Below, one piece after another: positions 8,813 through 18,858 of a stretch of 64,000 bases of DNA (position 1 is the first letter of the stretch; each line of letters opens with the position of its first letter). Source of the stretch: Thermoproteota archaeon (GTDB lineage: Archaea; Korarchaeota; Korarchaeia; Korarchaeales; Korarchaeaceae); contig JAOZFH010000063.1 in NCBI GenBank assembly GCA_027491415.1, forward strand, positions 64,414-128,413. Direction: 5' to 3'. The position numbers and the translations under genes are program-made. Below the pieces are notes generated by a model. That model was not told where the DNA came from and did no database searches. It saw only the letters and a program-made list of their open reading frames with translations.

Positions 8813-11800
8813 ATGCTGGAGCCGCCGCTTATGATGCCCTGCCCCCGCCTGGCGACCCTCTTACTCGTTGTAGCCCTCGGATTGTTCCTCGTGACCGGGC
8901 TGAACTCCAACAGAATACAAGCGCAAGCTGGAGGATGGTGGGACCCGGACGGGGTCAGCGTCGGCGATGACTGGCACTTCAGGGTACCCGTTGAAGTCAA
9001 GTCGGGGTCTCCGGGCTCGTCCGTCAGGGTGCCGGTGAACTTCTCGGAACTCCTGGCCGAGCTCGGGGTGTCAGGGGACTTCGACGAGAACTCTGTCAGA
9101 GTGATATCGCCAGCCGGTGAGGCGGTCCCATACCAGAAGTTCGATGACGGCAGCTTCGAGGGATCCCCAGACGCCCTGGACAACGGCGTGGGCGACGTTG
9201 AGTTTCAACTCGACGACTCTGGACCCGGCGTGTACTACGTCTACTTTGACATAGTCGAGAACGGGCCAAAGTCGCCGGGAGGGTTCTCCCCACCCACTCC
9301 CGGGGATCTGGTTCAGGACGGCGGCTTTGAGTCCGCCTCCGTGGGAGAGGAGTCGCCGGGCGCGTGGGTTGGCGGGGGCGTGAATCACGCATGGGCCGCG
9401 CATCACGTAGTCTCCGGCTCTGACCCGCACCTGGGAGGCTCGGTGGCTCACTCGGGCTCGAGGGCATACAAGATAGGCTGGGACTACTCCGTATGGGGTC
9501 CGAGCTCGGCCTACGCATCTATTGGCGGGTGGATCTATCAGGAGGTGACGATTCCGGAGTCGGGGGCGGTCCTCTCTTTCTGGAGGAGGATGGTCACCTA
9601 CGACTACTCCCCGTACGACACGTTCGACGTCCAGGTGAGGGACGCCTCGGGGAACGTCCTCAAGACCCTGCTCCACGAGACCGCCCCCTGCTGCGGGGTC
9701 AAGTGGAAGGAGAGGTCGTGGAAGCAGTTCTCATTCGACCTGAGCGAGTTCGCCGGCAAGACCGTCAGGATCTACTTCCGGGCCGGGAACACGTACGACG
9801 GGCTCTACGGGACGTACGTCTACGTAGACGACATCCAGGTTTCCGGCTGGATTTCCGGCGAACTCGGGAACCCAGAGGGGTTCCACGTCGTCCTAGAGAG
9901 CGTAGTTGACTCCTCCAATCCCGGCGGCCCCATCAGGCGGGGCGCCCAGGTTACGATCACGGCGCGGAGCGAGGTGGGTTCGAGGCTCGACTCCTCGACC
10001 GGGGACTACCTGACCGCCGAGGTCTACGACCCCAACGGGACCTTGGTGGGGGTAACGACTCTGAGGGATGATGGGGCGGGCGCAGACGACGTTGCGGACG
10101 ACGGGAAATACAGTGGATCCTTCACCATACCGAGTGACGCCGATCCCGGCGCGTGGACGGTGATGGTCTTCGCAGGGTCGTCCCCGTCCTACGACAACGG
10201 GTACCTAGCCCAGGACGCCGGGTTCTTCGTGGTCGAGGGGCTGCTCGTGAATCCCCCCGCCATCGGGATGAGCGTCATCGAGAACACCTCCGCGTCCGCC
10301 GGCGGCAGCGTCATCAACGCGGGGGCGTTTCAGGCTGGCCACGTGAAGTTCGCCCTCCTGACCGACCTCGCGCTGGAGGCGGATCCCACCGTGACGATAG
10401 ACCCCTCGAAGGTCGTCTTCAGTCCACAGGACTTCTCGATACCGGCCCAGTCGCAGGCCAACTTCACCATCAACGTCTCCGTCCCGATTCCGCAGCAGCC
10501 GGGGGTTTACAGGGCCGTAGTAGCCGTCTTTGCCGACGAGAATCTCAACGGCGCCCCCGACGACCCGGAGGTGACCACCTTCAACCTTACGGTCGAGGTC
10601 GTGGCGCCCCTGGTGGCGGGAACGATAGAGCCGGACACGGTCAACGAGAACTTCGCCATAGCGTGCGGGGAGAACTTCACAAAGCTGTACTTGGTGCTCA
10701 GGATGACGAACCTGGCGGCCAGGGAGGACGTGGGGGACATATCGATCACCGCGAACCGGCCGTGGAGGGTGGAGGTGTACAGGGACGTGCTGGGAGACGA
10801 CGCGCCGGGCTTCTACACGTCGGACGATCAGTTCAACTTCAACGACGACGTCCTGATCGCCTACGACGGGGACGGCCAGGCGGGGGGTGACATCGCGACC
10901 AACAGCACCTGGGACTGGGTCAACCGGTCGGAGGACACCTTCGGGGACAACATCCCCGACACGGGGATGCTCGGGAACCAGACGAGCCCGGACAACTGGG
11001 TCAACGTGGTCTTCGTCGTGTACGTGAACAACTCCGAGGTGCTCGCCGGAGACGCCTATCACCTGGTCGTGAGGGGGACCTCCTACAACGACTGGGTCGA
11101 GGACCCCGAATACCCGAACATCCCCTACGACGACGACAGCCTCTACCACGACACGGCGCACCTCGTGGCCAACGCCCTGGAGACCCCCTGCGGCTTCATA
11201 TCCCCCGACGCGCTTGATTCCTCCGGGGCTCCAGAGGTCAACCTGACGGTGTGGTTCGTTCAGGACTGGGTGAACAGGGCGCCCATGACGGACAGGGGGA
11301 ACGTCAAGATAGTGCAGCCGGCGGGCCTCGCCCTCTACCTGTACAGGGACGAGGGGCTCAACGACCAAGTTGGGGCCCACGCCGATCGACCGATAGACTC
11401 GGACGACGTGCTGCTGGCCGCTGACTACGACGGAGACGGCAGCTGGGACTTCGTCTCGCCAGACTACGACGCCGGTGGTGACGGAATACCAGACACCGGC
11501 GACTTGCCGCCGCACGGCGGATACGCCCGGATGATCTTCGAGGTCGTGGTGCCCAAGGGGGCTCCCCCGGGCACCCTGACGGTCGTCGTCAGGGGATGCT
11601 CCAACTGGGAGTGGGTCAACGAGCACCCCGACTTGGAGTACTGCGCCGACGAGATATTCCACGACGAGGCCTCGATGACCATAGAGGTCCTCCCGTACCG
11701 AAGGCCCGACCTGAGGGGATCCCTAAACCTGACGCTCGGGATGATCGGGGACGATGTCTACGAGTACCCCGCGGTCGAACAGCTCCTAAACAGGACGAGC

Positions 11801-13687
11801 AATCCCGCCAGCCCGGCCAACTTCACGATATCCGTTCAGAATGACGGGAACGTGGAGGACACGATTCGACTGACGGGCCCGACTGTGACGCCGCTTTCCC
11901 GCGTGACCTACTTCCTCAACGGTGCCAACGTGACGGACCTCGTGGGCGGTCCGGGACTCGACCTGACGCTGGCCCCTGGCGAAGAAGTCCTCCTGACCGT
12001 CCTCTTAACGCCTACGACCTACCGGCACCTGATGGTGGACGAGGTGGCAATCACCTCCACCTCTGCCGGAGATCCGGCAAAGCTGGACTCCGTCAAGCTA
12101 ACCACGACGATTGTGGACGAGGCGCCCCCCCAGGTCAGCCTGCTGGAGCCCGGTGCATCCGAGACGCTTGAGTGGGCCAGGCGGCACACCTTCAGGGTCA
12201 ACCTGAGCGACGACACCGGGCTGGAGAACGCGACTCTCCTGATCATGAGGCCGGACAGGAGCGTGGTAATGGAGCTCTCCCAGAGGGTGAGCGGGAGATG
12301 CGCCGAGGTGGAGTGGACGACGCCGGCGCTGGGCCCCGGCAACTACCTGTGGGCCGTCATGGCCTGCGACAACGTCTCGGCTTACGGACCATTCTCCAGC
12401 AACTGCGCCCTGAGCGAGCACCGCGAGTTCACAGTCCTTCCAAAGCCCCCTGTCCCAGGCGCCGTGATTTCAGGAACCATAGACGCCGAACCGGCCAAGG
12501 CGGCTCCGGGAGACGCGGTCAACCTGCGAGTGAGGGTATTCAACGAGGGGGCGGGCTCGGCCGATCAAGTCGTGGTTCAACTCGCCGTGCCGGAGGGCCT
12601 CGCCCTGGAAGGCCCATGCTCCCGGCCAGGCGGGGGAGGGGTTCTCACCGATGTCGAGGGGGGCTCTGCCTGGATTGACCTCGGTCGGCTGGATCCTGGG
12701 GGATCAGCGTCGGCTGTGTGTACCCTCAGAGTTCAGAGCTGGGCTGAAGAGGGTGTCTACGTGCTTAGAGCCCTTTACAGACGAGTCCTCCTGGACTCGG
12801 CATCCGTGGAGGTCGCCGCTCCGGCGATCGAATCAGCTCGGAGGCTAGCCGCGAGGATTCTGGTCTCTCTTGAAGTAGATCCGCCGTCCACATTGGTCGA
12901 AGAGAGGACGAGGGTCAGCATCTTGGTGAAGAACGTAGGGGCGGGGAAGTCCGGGGAGCTGATCCTAAGGATCGCGCTGCCGGAGGGCCTGAGCCCCGTA
13001 GAGGGGACATTCAGCGTGGGCGGCAGGTCCGTCGAGCCCACCCCGGTTGATGGGGGGTTGGGGGTGGTCTTAGGCGCCTTGGGCCCCGGAGACGGTGTTA
13101 ACGTGACCTTACTCGTCTCCGGGGAGGTAGCTGGGACTCACGAGATCAGGGCGTGCGTCGGCGGGGTCTGTGCCCAGGCCGCGCTGGAGGTCGCCGAGGT
13201 TGAGAGGACTGAGGTCTCCCTCTCTGGATCTTCACGCGTCTCCGAAGGGTTAACGGAGGTGACCGTTACGATAGAGGTCGTCGGGGGCGAGGTGACAACC
13301 GACTTGATAATATCGATTCCAGAGGGGACGGATCTCATTCCCAACGGCCTCACAATCGACGGGACCCCGGTTCAGGCCGTCGTCTCGGGCGGCCGCGCCG
13401 TGGTGGCCGGGGTCAGGCTGCCTCAGGGGAGGCACGAGCTCAGGGTCGCCCTCAACTCGTCTCAGGCAAGCCCCGGAGTGCACTACGTTGAGGTTAGGGT
13501 CGGCGATCGAAGCGTCTCGGTCGGGTTCGAGGCGGCCCCCACCGCCCCTACAGGCGCCCCGACCGAGACACCGTCGCCCACCCCGGTTGCGCCGGGCCGC
13601 GGCTTCCCCGTCCTCACCGTCCTGGGCGTGATCTTGGCTCTGGCGATGTTGGCGGCGGCGATTCTCGTCCTGAGGCGAGGGAGGTGA
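8813..13687 (+). CDS. Large multidomain cell-surface (glyco)protein
   Basis: Signal peptide; WWD..W.FRVP N-domain (DUF2341-like); GGFES...YVDDI carbohydrate-binding-like jelly roll; LRDDG..D..ADDGKYSG motif; Ig-like/CARDB/DUF11-like repeats; many N-x-S/T sequons; Pro/Thr linker, TM helix and basic tail. Confidence 0.85.
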   Translation: MLEPPLMMPCPRLATLLLVVALGLFLVTGLNSNRIQAQAGGWWDPDGVSVGDDWHFRVPVEVKSGSPGSSVRVPVNFSELLAELGVSGDFDENSVRVISPAGEAVPYQKFDDGSFEGSPDALDNGVGDVEFQLDDSGPGVYYVYFDIVENGPKSPGGFSPPTPGDLVQDGGFESASVGEESPGAWVGGGVNHAWAAHHVVSGSDPHLGGSVAHSGSRAYKIGWDYSVWGPSSAYASIGGWIYQEVTIPESGAVLSFWRRMVTYDYSPYDTFDVQVRDASGNVLKTLLHETAPCCGVKWKERSWKQFSFDLSEFAGKTVRIYFRAGNTYDGLYGTYVYVDDIQVSGWISGELGNPEGFHVVLESVVDSSNPGGPIRRGAQVTITARSEVGSRLDSSTGDYLTAEVYDPNGTLVGVTTLRDDGAGADDVADDGKYSGSFTIPSDADPGAWTVMVFAGSSPSYDNGYLAQDAGFFVVEGLLVNPPAIGMSVIENTSASAGGSVINAGAFQAGHVKFALLTDLALEADPTVTIDPSKVVFSPQDFSIPAQSQANFTINVSVPIPQQPGVYRAVVAVFADENLNGAPDDPEVTTFNLTVEVVAPLVAGTIEPDTVNENFAIACGENFTKLYLVLRMTNLAAREDVGDISITANRPWRVEVYRDVLGDDAPGFYTSDDQFNFNDDVLIAYDGDGQAGGDIATNSTWDWVNRSEDTFGDNIPDTGMLGNQTSPDNWVNVVFVVYVNNSEVLAGDAYHLVVRGTSYNDWVEDPEYPNIPYDDDSLYHDTAHLVANALETPCGFISPDALDSSGAPEVNLTVWFVQDWVNRAPMTDRGNVKIVQPAGLALYLYRDEGLNDQVGAHADRPIDSDDVLLAADYDGDGSWDFVSPDYDAGGDGIPDTGDLPPHGGYARMIFEVVVPKGAPPGTLTVVVRGCSNWEWVNEHPDLEYCADEIFHDEASMTIEVLPYRRPDLRGSLNLTLGMIGDDVYEYPAVEQLLNRTSNPASPANFTISVQNDGNVEDTIRLTGPTVTPLSRVTYFLNGANVTDLVGGPGLDLTLAPGEEVLLTVLLTPTTYRHLMVDEVAITSTSAGDPAKLDSVKLTTTIVDEAPPQVSLLEPGASETLEWARRHTFRVNLSDDTGLENATLLIMRPDRSVVMELSQRVSGRCAEVEWTTPALGPGNYLWAVMACDNVSAYGPFSSNCALSEHREFTVLPKPPVPGAVISGTIDAEPAKAAPGDAVNLRVRVFNEGAGSADQVVVQLAVPEGLALEGPCSRPGGGGVLTDVEGGSAWIDLGRLDPGGSASAVCTLRVQSWAEEGVYVLRALYRRVLLDSASVEVAAPAIESARRLAARILVSLEVDPPSTLVEERTRVSILVKNVGAGKSGELILRIALPEGLSPVEGTFSVGGRSVEPTPVDGGLGVVLGALGPGDGVNVTLLVSGEVAGTHEIRACVGGVCAQAALEVAEVERTEVSLSGSSRVSEGLTEVTVTIEVVGGEVTTDLIISIPEGTDLIPNGLTIDGTPVQAVVSGGRAVVAGVRLPQGRHELRVALNSSQASPGVHYVEVRVGDRSVSVGFEAAPTAPTGAPTETPSPTPVAPGRGFPVLTVLGVILALAMLAAAILVLRRGR

Positions 13688-13739
13688 GGGGACGGGCGCC
13701 AAAGCACGGGGTGGGAATCGGTGAGGCGAGGGGGGTGGG

Positions 13740-13856
13740 TGGTGCCGGGGGCGGGACTTGAACCCGCGACCTCCGGATCTCCCACCGAGCGCCGGGAGCC
13801 GACGCGCGTGAACAGGTTATGAGTCCGGCGCTCTGACCAGTCTGAGCTACCCCGGC
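13740..13856 (-). tRNA. tRNA-Met(CAT), probably elongator, with canonical 37/38 intron (13779-13817, 39 nt)
   Basis: GCCGGGGTAGCTCAG...CCGGA-CTCATA[intron]A-TCCGG...GGTTCAAGTCC...ACCA; BHB helix CTCA:TGGG with 3-nt bulges. Confidence 0.92.
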
Positions 13857-13971
13857 ACCGATTCCCGGGGGACCTACGAGTCCGGGAAAATTAAAGTTCG
13901 CCGCGTCCCCGGCGCCGGCCGCAACGTTCATGTAAGATCGCCCCAAGGGCTTCGGAGCGTGGCGTGACTCG

Positions 13972-15021
13972 GTGAGTGGCTTGCGGAGAGAGGGGGTCGA
14001 CGACGAGAGCACCCTTCAGGATGAGCTGCTGGCGGGGCTGGGAACCCTCAAGGCCAGGGTAACCACCGTGGTGCTTGGCATGGCTGGCCTGGCCGCCCTC
14101 GTCCTGCTCTTCAGGGGAGCCGATCCCCAGCTCCTGGCGGACGCGGTTTCGAGGATAGGGTGGAGGCCCGTCCTCCTCTCCCTCCTCTCCTTCCACGCCG
14201 GGTTCCTGCTGTACACCCTCGGGTGGTACGTCCTGCTGGAGGGGAAGCTTTCCTTCAGGGACGCATACCTGATCTCGTGGGTCGGCACCCTGGCCAGCCT
14301 CATAATCCCGGCGGGCCCCTTATCCGCGGACGCCACGAGGACCTACCTGGCCCACAAGAGGGGAGGGCTGAGCATAGGCGAGGCGGCGTCCTCGATAACT
14401 GCACACAGGATAACCATGCTGATGCCCTTCGTGGTGTACGTGGGAGGGGGATCGGCATACCTCCTGCTCTCAGGGATGGAGGGCTCTGAGGCCGGGGCCA
14501 GAGCCCTCCTGCTCGCGGGAGCGAGCGGGGTGCTCGTCATCGTGGGTCTTCTTGCGACCACCAGCGAGCGCGTCCTTGGGGGAATACTCAGGATGGCGGA
14601 GAGGCTCACGAGGCGGGACATATCCGCGGTGAGGGCCATGGCAGAGGACTACCTGGAGGGATACGCCCGGCTCCGAGAGAACTTCCCCCTGATGGTAAAA
14701 GTGGTCGCGATATCACTTGGCGGGTGGCTGATGGACATGACGCCCATTCTCATCTTGCTCCACGCCCTGAAGCCGGACTTCCCCCTCTTGGCCGGTGTCC
14801 TGGTATACTCGGTCAACATCATAATGCTCCGCCTTCCGCTCGGCATACCCGGCGGCAACCTCGGTCTGAGGGAGTGGGCGAGCGTCGGCCTACTCGAGGC
14901 TCTTGGCCTCACGAGAGAGATGGCCGCAGCCCTGATCCTGGTGGCGTCGGACGTGATCACGCTGCTGAACCAACTCACCTTTGGCCTCCTGGCCTACCTG
15001 ATCGTCTTGAAGGGGGGTTGA
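13972..15021 (+). CDS. Lysylphosphatidylglycerol-synthase TM domain / flippase-like membrane protein (UPF0104)
   Basis: Multiple TM helices; IIPAG...D..R and PLGIPGGNLGLRE motifs. Confidence 0.8.
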   Translation: MSGLRREGVDDESTLQDELLAGLGTLKARVTTVVLGMAGLAALVLLFRGADPQLLADAVSRIGWRPVLLSLLSFHAGFLLYTLGWYVLLEGKLSFRDAYLISWVGTLASLIIPAGPLSADATRTYLAHKRGGLSIGEAASSITAHRITMLMPFVVYVGGGSAYLLLSGMEGSEAGARALLLAGASGVLVIVGLLATTSERVLGGILRMAERLTRRDISAVRAMAEDYLEGYARLRENFPLMVKVVAISLGGWLMDMTPILILLHALKPDFPLLAGVLVYSVNIIMLRLPLGIPGGNLGLREWASVGLLEALGLTREMAAALILVASDVITLLNQLTFGLLAYLIVLKGG

Positions 15022-15024
15022 CCG

Positions 15025-15309
15025 TTGGAGGCACCCCTCCGCCAGCCCGAGGAACGCGAGGGCGCCAGGTGGGCCAGAAAGGCCCACGCCTATCTGGTCA
15101 GACACGGATACTTCCGTGGCTTTAGGAGGCTCAGCGACGGGCAGAGGTACCAGCTCATCAGGGAGGGGCTGAGGGAATACATGAGGCTGAACCCTCTCCC
15201 GCCCGAGCACGTGGACGAGGCCCTGGAATGGATGCTGGAGAGCAGGAGGATCCACGAGGCCAGGGCCTTGGCCAAGCTCACTGGCAGGCGCCTTCCTACG
15301 AGGAGATGA
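15025..15309 (+). CDS. Hypothetical protein (94 aa)
   Basis: Compact ORF directly after the flippase gene, with typical codon usage. Confidence 0.6.
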   Translation: MEAPLRQPEEREGARWARKAHAYLVRHGYFRGFRRLSDGQRYQLIREGLREYMRLNPLPPEHVDEALEWMLESRRIHEARALAKLTGRRLPTRR

Positions 15310-15985
15310 CCCTGACCTCTCTTCCCTCGGCGACGTACGCCTCGTCGGCGAGCCCCACGAATAGACCCACCTCGACCACGCCCGGGATGAGCTTCAGCTG
15401 GGTCAGCGTCGCCTCTGGATCCTCGAGGGGCTCCGGCATGGTCACGTCCAGCACGTAGTTCCCGTTGTCCGTGGTGAAGGGGATGCCGAACCTGGTGAGC
15501 CTGAGCTCGGGTATCCCGTTGACCGCCTCGGCTATCAGCCTCGCCACGTGGGTCCTCCCGTACCTGAGGACCTCCACGGGAAGGGCGTGGGTAGAGCAGA
15601 GGGACCTCACCAGCTTCCTGTGGTCCGCTATGATCACGTAGACGTCGGAGTTCACGGCCAGGACCTTCTCCCTGGTCAGGGCCCCGCCGCCTCCTTTCAG
15701 AAGGTTCAGGTTGGGGTCGATCTCGTCGGCCCCGTCGACGGTGAAGTCGACGGTCTCCACGTGGTCTATGTCCACCAACTCTAGGCCAGCCCGCAGGGCC
15801 GCCTCCTCTATCTGGCTGGAGGTGGGCACGAACCTCAGCCTCTTGGACAGGTCGGACCTCCTGAGCTCCCTGACAAAGGCCTCGACCGTGCTGCCGCTCC
15901 CCAGACCGACGATCCTCGCGTCCGAGGGAATCCTCTCGAGGGCGTACCTGGCGGCTAGGGCCTTCTCCTCCTCGACTGTAGTCAT
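15296..15985 (-). CDS. rpiA: Ribose-5-phosphate isomerase A
   Basis: GLGSGST, DGADE, KGGGGALTREK, TDNGN, GVVEVGLF. Confidence 0.97.
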   Translation of the reverse strand: MTTVEEEKALAARYALERIPSDARIVGLGSGSTVEAFVRELRRSDLSKRLRFVPTSSQIEEAALRAGLELVDIDHVETVDFTVDGADEIDPNLNLLKGGGGALTREKVLAVNSDVYVIIADHRKLVRSLCSTHALPVEVLRYGRTHVARLIAEAVNGIPELRLTRFGIPFTTDNGNYVLDVTMPEPLEDPEATLTQLKLIPGVVEVGLFVGLADEAYVAEGREVRVISS

Positions 15986-16000
15986 GGCGGGTCACTCCAC

Positions 16001-17161
16001 TCAGGCGTGGATCTCTATTACGTCTCCGTCTTCGAGCTCGAAATCGGCGCCCACCCTCATGGGGCTGTAGGGCAGCCTGGAGCTCCAGACCTTGGCGTAC
16101 TTGAATCGCCTGTACAGGTGCTCGTGTATGGCCCTCGCCGCGTCGGCGACCGTGGACCCCCTCTCCAAGATGAGGGCCTTCTCTGAGGGCTCCTTCCTCC
16201 CGACTGGCTTGGTGAATATCCTTATGACGCCCGTGAGGTCCAGGACCAGCTCGCCCAACTCCTCTCTGTCGGGGGGCTCTCTGGGGGAGATCGGGACCAC
16301 GGGCATGAGGTGCCCAAACTCCTCCCTCACCCTCTCGAGCCCCTCGGTAGTGAGGTCGCACCTGGTGACAAAGACCAGGGCTGGCTTGTACCTTTTCTCT
16401 CCCAGGAGGGCCTCTTCCACGTCCGAGAGGCGAACCCTGCCGTCTATCTCCACGATAACCCTGTCCATTCCGTAGGACTCTAAGAGCCTCCTGACGTCGG
16501 CCTCGGTCCCGTCGACTATGGCCCCCCTTCTCCTCACTATTATGCTATCTACGCCCCTGGACCTGACTATCCTAACCTTCCCCTCCGGCCTACCGACCTT
16601 TATGCCAGCAGACTCCACTATTGTCAGGAGGTCCCTCAGGTCGCCGACCGGGTCTCTGGAGCCATCGACCACGAACCCTATCGCGTCGGCGTTCCCAGCG
16701 AGCCCGAGGGCCAGTCTAGTGAGGTGCCCACCCTCTCTCAGGACAGGTGGAGCCTCAACGAAGTGTATCTGGGCGCCCCTGAACTCCATCATTCCCTCCT
16801 CGGGCCTGCCGACGGTTGTGAATGGGGCGGGGGATACCTCGGGCCTCGCGTTGGTCAGCACGCTCAGCACGGTGCTCCTGCCCGAGTTGGTGAACCCCAG
16901 GAGCACGACTTGGGCCGCCCCCTTCTTCTCGACGAATATCCCTGGGCCCCCGCGCCTCGCCTTCCTCGCCCTTTTGCGCTCGATCTCCTCCCTGAGCTCG
17001 GCCATCTTCCTCCTGAGGAACTTCTCCATCTTCTCCGTGCCCTTGTGCTTGGGCATGAGGGCCATGAACTCTTGGAGCTTCCTCAGCTTCTCCTCCGGGG
17101 TCTTGACCCTCCTGTACTCCTCGAACTTCGCCCAGGCCTCGGGCGGTATGTTGGTGGGCAA
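16001..17161 (-). CDS. DRG/OBG-family GTP-binding protein with TGS domain (divergent G motifs)
   Basis: PKHKGTEK, PFTT, C-terminal TGS (AKVWS...VG.DFELEDGDVIEI). Confidence 0.88.
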   Translation of the reverse strand: MPTNIPPEAWAKFEEYRRVKTPEEKLRKLQEFMALMPKHKGTEKMEKFLRRKMAELREEIERKRARKARRGGPGIFVEKKGAAQVVLLGFTNSGRSTVLSVLTNARPEVSPAPFTTVGRPEEGMMEFRGAQIHFVEAPPVLREGGHLTRLALGLAGNADAIGFVVDGSRDPVGDLRDLLTIVESAGIKVGRPEGKVRIVRSRGVDSIIVRRRGAIVDGTEADVRRLLESYGMDRVIVEIDGRVRLSDVEEALLGEKRYKPALVFVTRCDLTTEGLERVREEFGHLMPVVPISPREPPDREELGELVLDLTGVIRIFTKPVGRKEPSEKALILERGSTVADAARAIHEHLYRRFKYAKVWSSRLPYSPMRVGADFELEDGDVIEIHA

Positions 17162-17163
17162 CC

Positions 17164-17781
17164 TCAGCCCACCCCCTTTCCCTTACCCTTCTCTCCCTTC
17201 TTCTTGATGTTGAGGACCTCTCCCAGCGTCAGGGGCCTGTCGGGCTGAGGCGGGGCGTAGCTGGGCGCCTCCTCCTCTGGCGGGGGACCCCTCGAGATTA
17301 TCCTTACCTCCAAGATTCTCTCCAGCGTCCGAGCGACCCTGTAGCTGGGCGCGATCTTCTGGGCCTCGATGTTCCTGAGGAGCGAGGCCTTGATGTTGGC
17401 GGCCTCTGCGACCCACTCTACCGTGAGGCCGAGTTCCTGCCTGGCCCTCCTGAGCACCTGCCCGTAGTTCTCCACGAGGGTGAACTCCCCGGGGCCCGGC
17501 TCCCTCCTGGCCCTCCTCCTGGGCTTTGGAGCCTCGACCTTCGGCTTGGCCCCCGCGCCCTTGAGGGGTCGGACCTTCTCGGGGGCCTCAGCCAGAGGGG
17601 CCCTGACGGGCCTCCTGGGCAGGGGAACCTTCTCCCTGCCTTTAGCGGCGGCCCTCCTGCTGGCCTGTATCTTCCTGGCGCAGGAGGGGCAGACTGTAGC
17701 CTTGTATCCGCCCAGGTCGATCACCACAGGCCTCCCGACGAACGTGCCGCCGCAGATCTCGCAGACGTAGACCTGAGACAA
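17164..17781 (-). CDS. mbf1: Archaeal MBF1 (Zn ribbon + HTH)
   Basis: CEICG...VCPSCA, LVENYGQVLRRAR..GLT HTH, LTLGEV; TTG start after GGAGGGT. Confidence 0.9.
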   Translation of the reverse strand: MSQVYVCEICGGTFVGRPVVIDLGGYKATVCPSCARKIQASRRAAAKGREKVPLPRRPVRAPLAEAPEKVRPLKGAGAKPKVEAPKPRRRARREPGPGEFTLVENYGQVLRRARQELGLTVEWVAEAANIKASLLRNIEAQKIAPSYRVARTLERILEVRIISRGPPPEEEAPSYAPPQPDRPLTLGEVLNIKKKGEKGKGKGVG

Positions 17782-17843
17782 GGCTACCCTCCAGACGGGC
17801 ATGCTGGCGGATGGGTATTAAGGGCTTGGGGTTCTAGGCATCG

Positions 17844-18722
17844 ATGTCGTGGTGGGTAATGTCTCTCCTCAAAGCACGGGGGTATCGTGACATAATTGCA
17901 GTAGCGGGTCTTCTCTTGGTAGGTTCGCTGCTCATCAGCGCTACATTCAGCGACTCGCCCAACTCGGCTCAAGAGAAGGCTGAAGCGGTCGTTGGAGCGT
18001 ACCCTCAAATATTCACGAGCCAAAAAGGTTTCTTAGGAATGGTGGATGGTGTGAGGGTATACGCAATTCCCGAGGAGTACCTCGGTCTCATTGAAGATCT
18101 TGCTTCGCCCACTCCATCGCAGCCCATCAGGCTTAAAGCAGCAGATCTCGCCAAAATCTGTGATCTCCCCCAGTTTATCTCAGTTTGTGGCGTGGCAGTC
18201 CCAATTCCCAAGGAAATCCCCGAGGAGGTCTCTGTCTACAACCTAACGCTGAGTCAGGATACAGCTGCGCTTTTGTTCTATAACTCGATCGAATCTGCTC
18301 TAGAAAACCCAGATAGACCAGCTCTAGCGATCTCCATATCTTGCCTAAGCGCCTTCCCCTCGAGAGAGGGGGAGCACGATCCCCAGCGCGTGCTGAATTC
18401 CCTGTCGAATGAGACCCAGTTCGTGGTAGAGGTAGCTAAACTAGCCTGTGGCGTTGACCTAAGCCCGGCAAAGCTTGTTGAAATCAGTAAGCTGAATGCA
18501 TGGGCCCTGGTGAAGCCGCGCTGGGAGTACGTCCCGATCATATGGAAGAGGGGAGAGAAGCCCGGCGCGATATACGCCGGGTGCAAGCCCGGGCCTCTGG
18601 CTGGATCCGTGACGCTGATAATACCCTGCGAGGGGTTGTGGTGTGAGTACAGGATCTCCGGGTGGTTTGATGCCGACACCCTGCTCAAAATTGCGGAGAG
18701 CCTAGGACCCCCAGGAGGCTAA
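17844..18722 (+). CDS. Hypothetical membrane-anchored/secreted protein
   Basis: N-terminal hydrophobic helix; visibly more A/T-rich codons than the flanks. Confidence 0.65.
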   Translation: MSWWVMSLLKARGYRDIIAVAGLLLVGSLLISATFSDSPNSAQEKAEAVVGAYPQIFTSQKGFLGMVDGVRVYAIPEEYLGLIEDLASPTPSQPIRLKAADLAKICDLPQFISVCGVAVPIPKEIPEEVSVYNLTLSQDTAALLFYNSIESALENPDRPALAISISCLSAFPSREGEHDPQRVLNSLSNETQFVVEVAKLACGVDLSPAKLVEISKLNAWALVKPRWEYVPIIWKRGEKPGAIYAGCKPGPLAGSVTLIIPCEGLWCEYRISGWFDADTLLKIAESLGPPGG

Positions 18723-18858
18723 CCGAGCTCATGAGCGAGCGGACCTGTGGATGAGGCGATGGATCAGGGTGATCCCACAAGGCGCTAGGAGATCACTCTG
18801 CCTGGCCGCGGATGGGAAAGCGATAATAGCTGCCCCGTTTCGACCTCTCTGAGCGCTC

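Noticed and set aside
7544-11662. Long antisense or alternate-frame ORFs (e.g. 7544-8608 +, 10205-11662 -, and many similar across the window)
   Set aside because: Shadow ORFs expected in high-GC DNA opposite well-supported genes; low-complexity R/G/P composition.
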